From: Hormiphora californensis
Taxonomy: Eukaryota > Animalia > Ctenophora
Direction of reading: 5' to 3'
DNA length: 64,000 nt
Assembly: GCA_020137815.1 (NCBI GenBank)
Contig: CM035352.1
Coordinates: 8,618,001 to 8,682,000, forward strand
Position 1 is the stretch's first letter. Each line of letters begins with the position of its first letter. The notes beneath the pieces were generated by a model. The model was not told the origin of the DNA. It made no database searches and saw only the letters and a list, made by a program, of their open reading frames with translations. A program made the position numbers and the translations under genes. Of this stretch, positions 48,819 through 62,255 are shown one piece after another.

Positions 48819-50016
48819 GAGAAGACAGACAAACAAACTTTAATAGCCGTATTCATTATCTGCAGTATTCATTTCTTAGTAGAGAAAAAGAGAGTGACTC
48901 ATTCATTGTGTACAATGATACTCGTCTATCTGAGAGAGAAAGAAATGGCCTGGGTAGGGAAAATTGGATAAGTGAAAAGTGGGGAAATGAAAAGTGGGTA
49001 AGTGAAAAGTGGGGAAGTGAAAAGTAGGGAAATGAAAAGCGGGGAGAAGTGAAAAGTGGGGACTGGGAGAAGTGAGACGTCAGAAGAAGTAAAAAGTGGG
49101 GAAATGAGAACATTCTGACGATTTCTAAGAATGTTTCAGAGCACTCTACTGCAGCTTAGATCTGGTGGGAGAGAGCATGTCTGTATATCAAGTTTGATCT
49201 ATCAATCGCACACGCGATGTTCGCAAGCTTCCACTAATGGGTGCTAGGTGTCGATATAGGGGGACACACAATCAAAATCAAATCAAAATGTGCAGGTCAC
49301 TGCCATGCCAACACACTCTAACACAGCTTATTGTACTAGCTTATAGAGCTGCAGTGTAGTAGTAGTGTTCAAGATGAATCGGTGAGCAGCAGAACGAATA
49401 GCAACCGCATGCAGTACTCAAAAAAAGGTTCAGCAGTATAATTATGATAAGCAGTAAAATGTCAGCAATATTTTATTCACCGGTAAAGACTGCTTTGGAA
49501 TTTGTTGAACAATCAGGCAGTCAGACAGGCCATTAAACCGGGGAACACCTCTTGATGCTCTGGATCGGCATATAGATGCAGCAGGGGGAATACGAAGTGA
49601 AGCTTCTGTTCTGGCAAGAGACCGGTGTATGAGTCGGTTACAAAATCTCCCGTGATATCGATCCATAACCCGGTCCCTGTAACCCACTGCGGTCCCTGAT
49701 CGAAGTCTTAGACGAGTGCTTCCAGAATAGCTCCGTTATTCTATGGGGTTCCAGACCCTAAAGATCAGTGATCGTGTTGGCTCCAAAGTGACCAGTTGAA
49801 TTGAGGGCAGGGCTGGATCCAATACTCGAGATAAGAGACTATAATACTAGATGAGAAGTAATCAGCTGATAGAGAGATTCAAAGAGATTCATATATTATG
49901 GGAGAGAGTGGTAATGTTCAACAACAAGCAGAGAAAATTACTAGTCTCTTCTTCCTCTTCCAATATTGGAAACTATGTAGTAATGAGTCATTACAGACGG
50001 TGGTAGTAGAGAGAGG

Positions 50017-50066
<50 letters not shown>

Positions 50067-50095
50067 TTCTCTAGAGAGAAAGGTAAAGGTAAAGG

Positions 50096-50140
<45 letters not shown>

Positions 50141-50915
50141 GAAGGAAAGACTGTAATAGAGGCTGTTCTTTAGTTAGGCTACTTCACAGACAGCAGATGA
50201 CTCGAGAAGAGCTCCTTCAAAGAGATATCATAAAGCTAACAATGATGGATCGGACTCAAGTCTCGCCCCAACACTAGCCAACAAAAGAACACACACTTCA
50301 GACGGCTATAAAGACCTAGCTAACTATAGTATGTGGTGAAGACTAAAGTGTGGTGAGTCACCACTGGAGAACAATGATCATGAGCTGTTTGTTGTTGCAG
50401 TGGGGTAATTATAACTGAGGTGTCACAGGTCACTCCATATGGACTGACACCTCACTTATAATTGCATGGATCCATGAGCTTATTACACTACTCCTGCTAT
50501 TTTAGCTGCAGGCAATGAGGCAATGTATCAAAAGTTAAGCAACTGAAGGACTCGGAAGAGCGAAAGAGAGATGTAATGTGTTCCATGACGTGACGCTACA
50601 GGTTTGTGCAGTTAAACTCTCTCAAATGGCGAGGTGCGGTTGATATTATGCTAATTAGTAATTACTGACATATAACATGTGAGATAGTCATGACAACAGA
50701 ACTGGTTGCCATAACAACAGAGTATAATATGACATAACTTACTCCGACAGAGCCGGCGGATTGTGGTCGCCCACCCAACGGATTTAGTCTAATTTTACTG
50801 TCCACACCACAAAGTGACGCATCGTAGGATCCTGAGAAATCAGAGCGATTTAGTGAAGGGCAGAACGCTATTACATATTCAGGCTTATTCAGTATAATAA
50901 TGGACCAAGCACTTA

Positions 50916-50982
50916 AATTAATGACTCAGTACCAGTTCAGTGTTCACGTCTTGAACACTGAACTGGTACTGAATCATTAATT
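50916..50982. repeat. ~67-bp palindrome
   Basis: AATTAATGACTCAGTACCAGTTCAGTGTTCA...TGAACACTGAACTGGTACTGAATCATTAATT. Confidence 0.85.
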
Positions 50983-51723
50983 TGTGTGACCGAGTGTGTG
51001 ACCACAAATGCACTATAATAGTTGCTCAAAGTACTCACCTCGGTAGAAAGCAGGTATGGGATAGGATTTCCGGGAACACCCAGTATGCGATTGGTTCCAA
51101 ACTCGAACATGCCGGATGGAGGCTGAGTTGGGCCGTGACCGGGCTCTACTGTATGAGTGGTTCTGGTTTTGGATGGCTAGCCAGGGTAAGATTGGATCTA
51201 TGTAGGCCGTTGCCATGCTATAGTAACGAAACCATTGGTATTAACAATATTATATACCCTGCTAACTTAAATAACCCGCCAGCGGCGAGAAGTCCCACTG
51301 GCGCGCTCTCAATATACAGCCAGTCCAGCGGCAGATTATTTCCCACTGGCTGGCTGTTTATTATTAACTCCTATGTTACATTCAAAGTGTGTGTAAATGA
51401 TCAGTTCTTACTGAAATACAGAGGGAACACTGTTTGCAAGAGTTACACACTGCATTGGAGAGAAAGAAACAACACATTCCGTCAATTTCTCTCTCTTTAT
51501 CTCCCCTTTTGTTTCACTATCTCAATTCCTCTGTGTTATGTCTGGCATGCCCCATATCTTGTTATTTCTTTCTCTCTCCTTAGTAACTGTTACCAAACAA
51601 TATACACTCAATTGAGAGATGTTTTTGACTGTTTCTCAGTTCTCTTTGTGTGTTTTGATTAGTGTTCTCTCTCTTGTTAGTGTGTAATACTTGAAACAAA
51701 CAACTAAAGCAGGGTATATAACC

Positions 51724-51911
51724 CATAAACTCTGACCAATGGCACGTTATTGGTTTAGACCCCTCCGCCTCTCCCTCGGCTACGCCTCAGGATCGTCGTC
51801 GTGATTTAAACCAGTTTATCCGCCACTGGCGGATAAACTACAGCTACCTTCTCCCAGCGGCGCGCTGGGAGAAAGGTATCTGAAATAACGTGCCAGTGGC
51901 CAGAGTTTATG
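51724..51911. mobile_element. MITE with ~28-bp TIRs
   Basis: CATAAACTCTGACCAATGGCACGTTATT ... AATAACGTGCCAGTGGCCAGAGTTTATG. Confidence 0.65.
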
Positions 51912-53639
51912 CCTCATATAATTCATAAGAAGAAAAGTAATTCAAGTTTTCATAATCATACATCAAAAGCTGGTGGCTTATCCGTTGTTGTCTGGGTATT
52001 TTAAGATTTCCTATTTTTTATGTAAAAGACACAACTATGACAGTTTGACTTGGCTTAGTTTACTTTAAAGTATAAAATGAAGACAAAGAGACATTATTTC
52101 AATTTTCAAAACGGAAAAACCGTTAATCTAACTGTGCGTTTGGTTTCTTTTTTGCCTCTTTGCGCTATGCAGCTGTAGGCTGCTACGCTGCAGTTCTTGA
52201 CACAGCGTGAGACTGATAATGCAGCACTTTTCAACGTTTTGAAAAAGTTTAAAAGGTTTCAAAAAAAAAATTAAAAAACGAGTGAGAAATTTAAAAAAAA
52301 AAAATAATACGAATCCAGTCGCGCGGCACATTGCAGCGTATAAATATGTTTTATCGCGCGCTACGTCAAATATGGGCTGATATGATGAGTCGAGTTTTTG
52401 TGAAACATTTTTATTTTTACTTTTTTAAAGTGCGTTTTTTTGGCATGCGCTGCAGACCCCAAGTGCGCGCGTTTTCCACGGCTTCTAGGGGCCTGGGGGT
52501 TGGTACGCGCGGTAGACCCCCTTTGAGGCACGACATAACTTTGCGACCGTGATTTTGGCGGGCGCTATATCTCCGGCACCTGAAGTCCGTTTGACAAAAT
52601 TCTAACGCCAGTCGATAGTCCTCGATGTCTTCTAATGTCCATTTTTTTTCAACTGTTCACCCCCCAAAGTCGTGCGCGGAATTGTTTTGCGCGTTTATCA
52701 CATGTTAACGTGTAGCGCGCGCAGCGTAAATTAAGATATCGCACGCGCACGAGTTGAGGGGTGAACAGTTGAATAAAAATGGACTTTACCTCCCTGTTTT
52801 TAATTGAAGTTAATTGGCCTTAATTGGCCAGAGTTATGGCCAGTCAAAGTTTTCGCGCGTTACGTCCAAATTTACCTTGCGCGGCTCGTTTTTTATTATT
52901 CACTGCAAATATTTCCGAGTTACGTTGACGTTTGACGTCATATCTCTCTCATTTCTTCATCAATTTCGACGTTCTAAAGCTCGCTGGATAGGAAATTGTC
53001 AGTTCTTTCCAACGGTTCCAAGAACATGAAGATTGGATACGAACTCGTGGAGATATGGCTTAAATTGTCCCAAAGTTGAATAATTGACGCCGCGGCGCGT
53101 GTTTAAGCGATATTTTTTCATTTCGTCCCAGCTTTTGACTTCGTTACAGCTTTAAACTCGACCCGTGGACACTTTTAAAATGTCTTTAGGACACCTGAAG
53201 ATGACATATGAGAGTCTCTCATTGAGAGAGCAGTGGGCCGGGTGACCTCTCACAGTACGTTGAGAGTACGTAATACCTTGCTGCCACCACTAGGGTTGTG
53301 TAGCTTTATCGGGTATCCTTACCTTTCAATTTTCATCCTTGAATAACTGTAACATAATATTATAATACTATAATATAATACTAAATTCCAATTTCAAAGT
53401 AGCTATTGAATGACAAAAGCTTCGATAATCGATATGAATGTGATGAGCACTAGGTGTGGTCAGTGGCGTGGAACAAGATCGAACCGAAGACTCATCGTAC
53501 CAAGAAGATACCAAGATCGTTGATGGTTGCTTTGATGCTCCTGATCTTCAATGCGATCAATTGGAGTTGTACTACTCTGAACTCTCTTTAAAACTGTAAG
53601 TTGAAATCCTTGATTTATTCACCTCATCTCTTTCTCTAT

Positions 53640-54675
53640 CTCTCTAGATCTCTCTCTAGATCTCTCTCTAGATCTCTCCCTAGATCTCTCCCTAGATCTC
53701 TCCATCTCCATCTCTAGATCTCCATCTCTAGATCTCCATCTCTAGATCTCCATCTCTCCATCTCCATCTCTCCATCTCCATCTCTCCATCTCCATCTCTC
53801 CATCTCCATCTCTCCATCTCCATCTCTCCATCTCCATCTCTCCATCTCCATCTCTCCATCTCCATCTCTCCATCTCCATCTCTCCATCTCCATCTCTCCA
53901 TCTCCATCTCTCCATCTCCATCTCTCCATCTCCATCTCTCCATCTCCATCTCTCCATCTCCATCTCTCCATCTCCATCTCTCCATCTCCATCTCTCCATC
54001 TCCATCTCTCCATCTCCATCTCTCCATCTCCATCTCTCCATCTCCATCTCTCCATCTCCATCTCTCCATCTCCATCTCTCCATCTCCATCTCTCCATCTC
54101 CATCTCTCCATCTCCATCTCTCCATCTCCATCTCTCCATCTCCATCTCTCCATCTCCATCTCTCCATCTCCATCTCCATCTCTCCATCTCCATCTCTCCA
54201 TCTCCATCTCTCCATCTCTCCATCTCCATCTCTCCATCTCCATCTCTCCATCTCCATCTCTCCATCTCCATATCTCCATCTCCATCTCTCCATCTCTCCA
54301 TCTCCATCTCTCCATCTCCATCTCCATCCCTCCATCTCCATCTCCATCTCTCCATCTCCATCTCTCCATCTCCATCTCCATCTCCATCTCTCCATCTCCA
54401 TCTCTCCATCTCCATCTCCATCTCTCCATCTCCATCTCCATCTCTCCATCTCCATCTCCATCTCCATCTCTAGATCTCCATCTCTAGATCTCCATCTCTA
54501 GATCTCCATCTCTAAATCTCCATCTCTAGATCTCCATCTCTAGATCTCCATCTCTAGATCTCCATCTCTAAATCTCTATCTCTAGATCTCCATCTCTAGA
54601 TTTCCATCTCCATCTCTCTCTAGACCTCTCCCCCTAGATCTCTCCCTAGATCTCTCCATCTCCATTTCCATCTCC
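53640..54675. repeat. 14-bp (ATCTCC+ATCTCTCC) compound microsatellite with TAGA-variant flanks
   Basis: Direct observation. Confidence 0.97.
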
Positions 54676-55319
54676 ATTCTCCAACCTATAATGTGAACAT
54701 GCCTGTGTAGTTCCTGATGGTGGGAGGGGAGGGGGGGCTATTCTTCTAGTGCCGGCGATATCGCTTCGCGATAGTCCCCCGTAGGCTTGCCGTTGGAAAG
54801 CCCAGGCACTCTGTAGATAGATAGATAGATCTCCATCTCCATCTCTATCTCTCTCTCTCTCTGGACCCCAACTAATCAACATATGGACCCCTTATTACCC
54901 ACCTCTGAGCCCTTTTACCTCAGCTCCCTGCTAACCCACCTCTGAATCCCTTCTAGCTCAACTCTGGACCCGCCTTTGAACCCCCTCTGATAGTTTTATC
55001 AAATGTTAGTAACAAATTACTCTCTCAGATTCCGTTCCGGAAACCAAATTACTGGGTCAAGATACTATTACTGGGCCAACGTACTATGAGCTAAACACCT
55101 GAGTAGGGGAACCGTTCACAGCCGCTTCTCATCGCCAGCAGATCTTTATTGATGGATTCACAGACCCTAGTAAGTGGTTCTAGTCTAGAACTGGGTTAGT
55201 ATGGATCCACCTCTGGACCCCTACTAAGCAACATGTGGACCCCTTCTAACCCACCTCTGAGTCCTTTTACCTCAGCAGTCAGCTCCCTACTAACTCCCGC
55301 TGAAACCTCTCTATTATAT

Positions 55320-56470
55320 CTCACCTCTGGACTCTTCTAACCCACCTTTGAAGCCCCTTCTAACCCAACTCTGAACCCCTCCTAAATCAACTCTTAATCC
55401 CTTTTAAACCACCTCTCGACCCCTACTAAATACTACCCCACTCCTCGTCGAGGAGTCTTCGAACCCTTCTAACCCACCCTTCAACCCCTTCTAACAAATC
55501 TCTCAGCTCCCTAACAACTCTAGTACCATTCTGACCCACCTCTCGACCCCTAGTAACTCACCTCTGGCCCCTCTGCTTCTAACCCCCTTTTGACCCCTTC
55601 TATGTTCTAACCCACCTCTCGTACCCCTTTTAACCCCTTCTATCCCACCTCCCGACCTCTACTAACCCACCTTCCGATAGGTGGGTTAGAAGGGGTCGGA
55701 CCTTCTAATCCATCTCCCGTACCCCTTCTAACCCACCTCTCGACCCCTTCTAACTCATTTTTCAACCCCTTTCAACCCACCTCTCGGCCCTTTTTAATCC
55801 ACCTCTCGACCCCTTTTAATCCACCTCTCGACCCCTTTTTACCCACCTCTCGAGCCCTATTAAGTACTTACCCTTCCCTCGACCCCTTCTAACGACTAAC
55901 CCACTTCTCGACCCCTTCTAACTCATCTTTCAACCCCTTTTAACCCACCTCTCGACCCCTTTTAATCCACCTCTCGACCCCTAGTAACTCACCTCTTAAC
56001 CCCTTCTAACCTACCCCTAGACCCCTTCTAACAGCTAAATCACCCCTAGACCCCTTCTAACTCACCTCTCAACCCCTTCTAACCTACCCCTAGACCCCTT
56101 CTAACAGCTAAATCACCCCTAGACCCCTTCTAACTCACCTCTCAACCCCTTTTAACCCACCCCACGAGTCTCCACCTCTTCTAACCCACCCCTAGACCCC
56201 TTCTAAGTCACCTCTCAACCCCTTTTTACCCACCTCTACTAAGTACTTACTCTTCCCTCAACCCCTTTTAACCCAACCCACGAGTCTCCACCTCTTCTAC
56301 CCACCCCTAGACCCCTTCTAACTCATCTTTCAACCCCTTTTAACCCACCTCTCGACCCCTTTTAATCCACCTCTCAACCCCTACGAAGTAGTTACCCTTT
56401 CCTCGACCCCTTCTAACCCACATCTCGACCCCTACCAAACCACCAAATCTCTTGACCCTTTCTAACCCAC
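55320..56470. repeat. Degenerate ~22-bp minisatellite (CGACCCCTTCTAACCCACCTCT)
   Basis: Dozens of diverged adjacent copies. Confidence 0.85.
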
Positions 56471-57964
56471 TGCACCTCTCATCACCTTTTATCCCACCTA
56501 GATTCTAACCTAGATGTTATCTCTCTATCTCTCTATCTAGAGATCTAATCTTTGCATCCCTAGATCTCTCCATCGCTAAATGCTACATCGCTATCAAGAC
56601 CAACATCGCCATCTCCAACATTCGTGTTAGTACCCCACCCTAATTTTTAAGCTACCGGCTACCCCATCCTCATTTATTACCCCATCTCTCAGTTAGCCCA
56701 AGCTACCTCTCACTCTCAACTACTCAGGAGTCAGGTACCCTCTTTCTCTCCCTCCCCCTTCCCAAAAAGAGAGGGTACACCGTGCCCAACAATTAGCCCA
56801 CATCACCTCTCACTCTCACCTACTCAAACACTATGTCTCAAGTACCCGGCATCTCTACCACCCTACCCGTTGGGTACCCCACGCTGCTAGATACCTATGA
56901 AATTTTGCTAGATGCCCCTAAAACCCCCCTAAATACACCAATATATCCACTAGAAACCCCTCGGACTCTACAAAATACCCCTCAGAGCATTATTCACGAA
57001 CGGACACTATCACACCATGTCATACTCACACTAACATCGTTACTAAAATCTCTGTCTTTTCTCAGGTATTATTGACCACGTTAGACCTTCCACGACCTTC
57101 CCCACGACAACTTTAAATTGCCAAGGTTTGTGATGAACTACAACGACATGGACACCTGAAACTCGCCATTTTCCAGGTACAGTGTTGTCTTGTTCGACCC
57201 TCCTTCCCCGAACAAAACAAGTACAGTGTGGGAGCGGCCAAAATTCACGTGGGAGTCACGTGACACAACGTTATTTTATGTGCACTATCTCTCTCTATCT
57301 CTCAAATATGTAACGGTTTTCAATTCAGGTGTGATGATTACGGAAGATAATCTAGACGAGTTCACTCTTCCTATGGTTCCCACAATCAAGGGAGGGAGGG
57401 CACATGTTTTTTCATCATCACGGGACTGTTGAAGTCGGTTAAGGCACCCACGGAGCTAAGCCGTAATCTCCCTGCTGTGCATCAAGCTAACATTGGTCCT
57501 TAGATGGCCCTACCTCTGCGGATGGCTGTAAACTGCAAGGATTTCAGTGCAGTGGAGACATTGATTGTTAAATGTACTATCCTGGAGCCCCATGAATAAG
57601 TTTAATGTGTAAGAGTGACTCTTGTATATCCGTCATTTCCCAATAATATTTCCCCTCAATGTGCTGTATGTGTCTAGAGAGAGGGCGTGAGGAGACGAGT
57701 ATTTTCCAAGTTTAGTTTCTTCACCTTGAAAATTGTTGTTTTGTTCGAACAAGGCAAGAAAGTTGCTCATGATGTCTTTAAAAACAACCCAAACACCGAT
57801 TGGCATCACTTTTCAGCAGCCCTCATGTCCTATTTGTCACAGTTTGATATAACTTAACGTGTCGCGCGCGACGTTAAATCTCTTATCGAAAGTACATTCC
57901 TAAGCATTTCGATTTTCGCGCGTACGACCACCTAGGCCCTTTAAGGGCCTGTAGCATAGGCCAA

Positions 57965-58081
57965 AGTGCGTTTCAAACGACTTGACCTGAGATTTCTGGA
58001 AATTCAGGATTTCCCCTTTGTAAATACACGCGCAATGCGCCAAATTCCAAGAATTACGGGTCAAGTCGCTTGAAACGGACT
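57965..58081. mobile_element. Second copy (inverted) of the Kolobok-like MITE at 39159
   Basis: Reverse-complement similarity over the termini and the internal GTAAATACACGCGC segment. Confidence 0.65.
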
Positions 58082-58922
58082 TTAGTTTTTGGTTCCAGAT
58101 TTTCAGTCTGACCTTCGAAATCGGTAAATCATCCTGCACTGCGCCCTGCTGGTCGGTACTCTGTAGCATAATACATATCCATGTTGACCCTCGAAGAGTT
58201 CGGGTTGGAATTCTTAATTCTTATTAATGAGCACAAATTTGCATTTTCGAACACCCCATTTGGATGTAGTACCGTTTTTCCGCTACGGTCGTCCGTCGTG
58301 CTCGGTGCTAGCCAAGGAAGCATTTGCATTGCAGGTCGCAGGAAATGGTAGTCCTTTGTGCGCTCTGTTTGCAGTCCAAAACACGATGAGTAATGACTGC
58401 TTTTCAGCTAGCTAAAATCCCGCATTACTCATTAGGCTTTGGAATAAACAGTCAACACTGTAGCTCCTTTAACGACTGTCATGTGTTTTACACTGTCCTT
58501 ATATTGCACGTGCCTAGTATTTATTTAACCAGTAGCGGACAAGACAGGAAGACTACCAGTCAGGGACGGCGCTGGGCATTCGGCCCAGCAAGTCCCTGGG
58601 TGTCCGGGGCCAGGGGCGATAGCCTCGGTCAGGGGGTGTGGCCGGGGGTGAAACCACCCACAAGCAGGGTCCAGGGGCCGCTACCTCAATAGGATGGCCC
58701 GAACAATTGTCTGTAATATTCTCTCATCAAAATTCGCCACCTACGGTTTACCAAATAGCGAACTAGGATTTTTATTCTGATCACTCGTACATCATACTAT
58801 GAAGATAAAATGGTAAAATTTTATTTGGTAAACACATTTTCGAAGGAAGTTTGCAACTTGCATGTTGTGTTTGCTGAATACCGCTCGGCCAATATGTTAC
58901 TCTGCTTCTATAATCCTATTAG

Positions 58923-61900
58923 GAAAATGTCATTATGTTGAGCTATTTGGATATTGGAATCTTGTCCAAGGAGATTTCCTCTCTATTCCCCTATGAAGAG
59001 TCCCTTACCCACGACATACACAGGTACAATAATTGTCCGCAGGTAATTCATGTGTAATTTACTATTTTATATTCATACAAGCAGAAAATGTAATTTACTC
59101 AAAAGACAGATTCCTTCCTTCGCGTGTGTGTGCGAGTGACGTGTTTCTCTCACTAACTACTTCCCAGTTCCCTCTCCATGTTTATTCAAATCTTTATCTT
59201 GAGGGGCCTCTTTCAGACAATTATTCTTTTGTTTCCCCACATGTACATATTGTTATTTTTGAGAAGTTTCACCCCCTCTCTCTCAATCTCACTAGTCACT
59301 ATCTATTTCTCTATCTCCCTTGATATATCCACATCTTTCTCTCTATCCCCCTCACTATCTCCCCCTATCACCACATCTCTCTCTCCCATCAGCGTGGTTA
59401 ACTCGCTTGTTGTGATGACCCTCAATGGATCAAGTACTGGAGAACAGAGGTTATTCTGTCGTGAGCTGAGGTGTGCAGTTGAGGACATTGTCTACTCAAG
59501 ACTTGCACCAGGTGAGAATCACACTGATAATATTGAGATATGTGTCCCGCACATAGTCGATACAATACACAGACAGTCAATATCATATATTGTGTGTAAC
59601 ACACTCATCGTGCTGCAATTTCAGCAGACAACTCGATATCGTTTACTCGTCACTGTTCGAAAATCATTTACTAATTACTTATGAAGATATAAATCATTCT
59701 GGTTTCTGATTATCCTCGTCGTCAAGCCTCTCTAGCTTGCTAACTGCTCTGTTTTACCTAGGTAGTGCTGATGCCCCCACAGACAGTGTTTTTAAGAAGA
59801 TTGAGGATCTAGCTATGGAGGCCCTGTCCTTTGATTTGCAGAGAATTATACCAGGTGGGAGAAAATTAAAAACCCCACACCCCATACATAATATGTAACT
59901 TGATCTTATAATACTTAAAGAATTAGAGGCCTAGAGAAAAGAAAGAGTTTGATCGTATTTATCTCCACAGTGGAGATAAATATATGGAGACTCGACCACT
60001 GCATGATAAAATAAATAAGATGACTGTTCGCTGGATTATTGCCAACAAACTTTGAAGCAGTCAGCAGTGCCCCCTGCCCCCACTATTTTGATAACTTTTC
60101 CCAACTATTCAGCTGAATGTAATTGGGATTACTTTATCTCTAATTAATAATTTTCACATCAAATCCCCGATTTTAGACGAACTACCACCCCCTAAGAAGA
60201 GGTCCAGTAACGCAAGTGCTCGCTCGTCAGCTGATATGAATGGTATGTCTCACATGCTTACACACCATGTATATATTTCCTACATATATCCTGTTCTTTT
60301 GTAAGTTTCGCATTTCAAGACCGAGGGGAGGGGGAGGGGGGGGGCAAAGTCCGGTCAAGGGGTGTTGGAGTGGGGAGCACGCGCGGCCGCCCAACCGCTA
60401 AATCACAACACATCTCGCGCGCACGGACACCAATCTCCCAATTGAATCGAGCTCTGTCGCGGTTTTTATCATGGTTTGGCACAACTTGCAATGATACCAT
60501 AGCCATTATACCCGGGAGACTTTGCTGACTCTACTCACATCTCTCTAGCATGTCAGTAGAGGAGGAGCCACCAAAACCAGTTGATCTGTATCGCGACACC
60601 CCTGTCCGGTACCTTGGCTACGCTAATGAAGTAGGGGAAGCTTTCCGGAATGTAGTTCACAGGAACGTTGTCCGTTTCTCTTACCTCATCTCCGGGGGCT
60701 ATGTGGTGGCAGATGCAACCTCCAAATCAAGTTCATCCCCCACTCCAATCCGCACATTTGCAGATGTCCTGATTTGGCAGGGGTTGGCATCAGTTGCCAT
60801 CCCAGGGTTTACCATCAACAGGTTGTGTTGGGCTGTGGGGAAAATGGTCGGACCTGCCAGGACAGCAGTTGTGACTGGAACTGGACTTCTGGCTATACCC
60901 TTCATTATTAAACCTATTGACACAGCCGTGGATCATGGCATGGAGAGGGTTGTTAGGCCTTACATTCTGGATAATGTTAACTGTTAACACATCCTAGGCT
61001 GGATAATGTTAACTGTTAACACAGGCTGGACAATGTTAACACAATACCTGCTGGACAATGCCAACTGAAGAAATAGCATCATCAAAATGATTAGTTGCAA
61101 CATTATTTATTGTATTCAGAACTGTATGATATGGGCCTGGGTTTATCGTGTATAAAATACATTTTAATTGTATAATGCTACTTGGAACGATTTTTACAGC
61201 TGTCACCACACTAGTTTGACTTTTAAAACACTACTACCCCCTCCAACAACCCCTCTAAATATGCACATAACCCTTCTCAAGGCTAACCCTCAATCCCTCT
61301 CTCAGGTCACGGACCCAAGAAGGGACCCAGGGTTAGTCGAACCCCCAAGGCTGCAGGTGACCAAGAGGGCAAGAAGAGAAAAGTGAAGAAAGTTGCCGAT
61401 ATCGTTGCAGATTTGAACTCCTCTCAGAACGTGAGTTTATCCAGTTCAGGATCCAATCACTTTTCAGGGGGGTCTTTATTGCGAGTACAACATTAGAAAC
61501 CAGATGAAGTTTTAGTTAGTTTGTTTCCTCAACTAAAAATAACAACACCTCTTTTCTTTCAGAAGGAACCGCCGAAACAGCAGTTGCTCCTCCAAAAGCC
61601 CTCGTTTGATATAAAATCAGAAGCACCCCTTCCAGACAACTTCAACTTTGTCCAAGTTCCGCCTCACTTCAACCCCTTGGAGAGCATGCCTCCACTATCT
61701 ACACACCATCAAGTCCCACATCCAGTCCCTCCCCATCAAGTTACTACCCCACATCATCCAGTCCCTCCAGAACAACAACCACCCTGTCAAGATCCAGCTC
61801 CCCACCAGGACCCTCCACCCCACCAGGACCCAGCTATACCCCTCCAAGACCCTTCTCCACCCCGCCAAGATCCTCCACCCCACCAGGACCCTCCGCCACA

Positions 61901-62039
61901 AACTGCAGAACCAGCGGAAAATGTGGACTCTACCCCGGCACCCACCCTTGAAGAGAGTGTTTTGAATGGTGAAGTAGACAGTATTATGTCAGAACAATCC
62001 GCTGAACCCACTGATATTAAAACGGAACAAAAGCAGTAA
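58923..62039 (+). CDS. 3' exons of an uncharacterised host gene (58923-59023, 59393-59511, 59762-59854, 60177-60242, 61306-61430, 61563-62039)
   Basis: All six exons are GT-AG bounded and phase-compatible (2,1,1,1,0). Product has basic NLS-like motifs (PPPKKR, KKRKVKK) and a P/H/Q-rich C-terminus. Confidence 0.75.
60550..60987 (+). CDS. MTFP1: Mitochondrial fission process protein 1 (MTP18)
   Basis: DLYRDTPVRYLGYANEVGEAFR, DVLIWQGLASVAIPGFTINRLC and GLLAIPFIIKPID are MTP18-family hallmarks; the CDS is intronless. Confidence 0.95.
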   Translation: MSVEEEPPKPVDLYRDTPVRYLGYANEVGEAFRNVVHRNVVRFSYLISGGYVVADATSKSSSSPTPIRTFADVLIWQGLASVAIPGFTINRLCWAVGKMVGPARTAVVTGTGLLAIPFIIKPIDTAVDHGMERVVRPYILDNVNC

Positions 62040-62255
62040 TTTTTATTTAGTTTAAGTTTTTAATTTATTTTATTTGTTAAAGTTGTTAAAAAGTCTTATA
62101 ATAATATTAACAAAACGCATTTACCCTCAGTATTATAACTATTCTTCCCTCACACATAGCAAGGATGATACATGCTAAAGATATGGCCTAGAAGCTCTGA
62201 CACACCGCACCGACTCGCTGCTCTGTTTGAGGATATATCAACTGTCTGATAATAT

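Noticed and set aside
50982-51662. 226-aa ORF
   Set aside because: Non-ATG start, no motif, and it crosses repeat-like sequence.
53714-54467. MEMERWRWRDGDG ORFs, and ER/LS-repeat ORFs elsewhere
   Set aside because: Microsatellite translations.
57066-57437. Two AG/GT-bounded segments that may be upstream exons of the 58.9-62 kb gene
   Set aside because: I could not find a stop-free reading through them as assembled, so they cannot be placed without transcripts.
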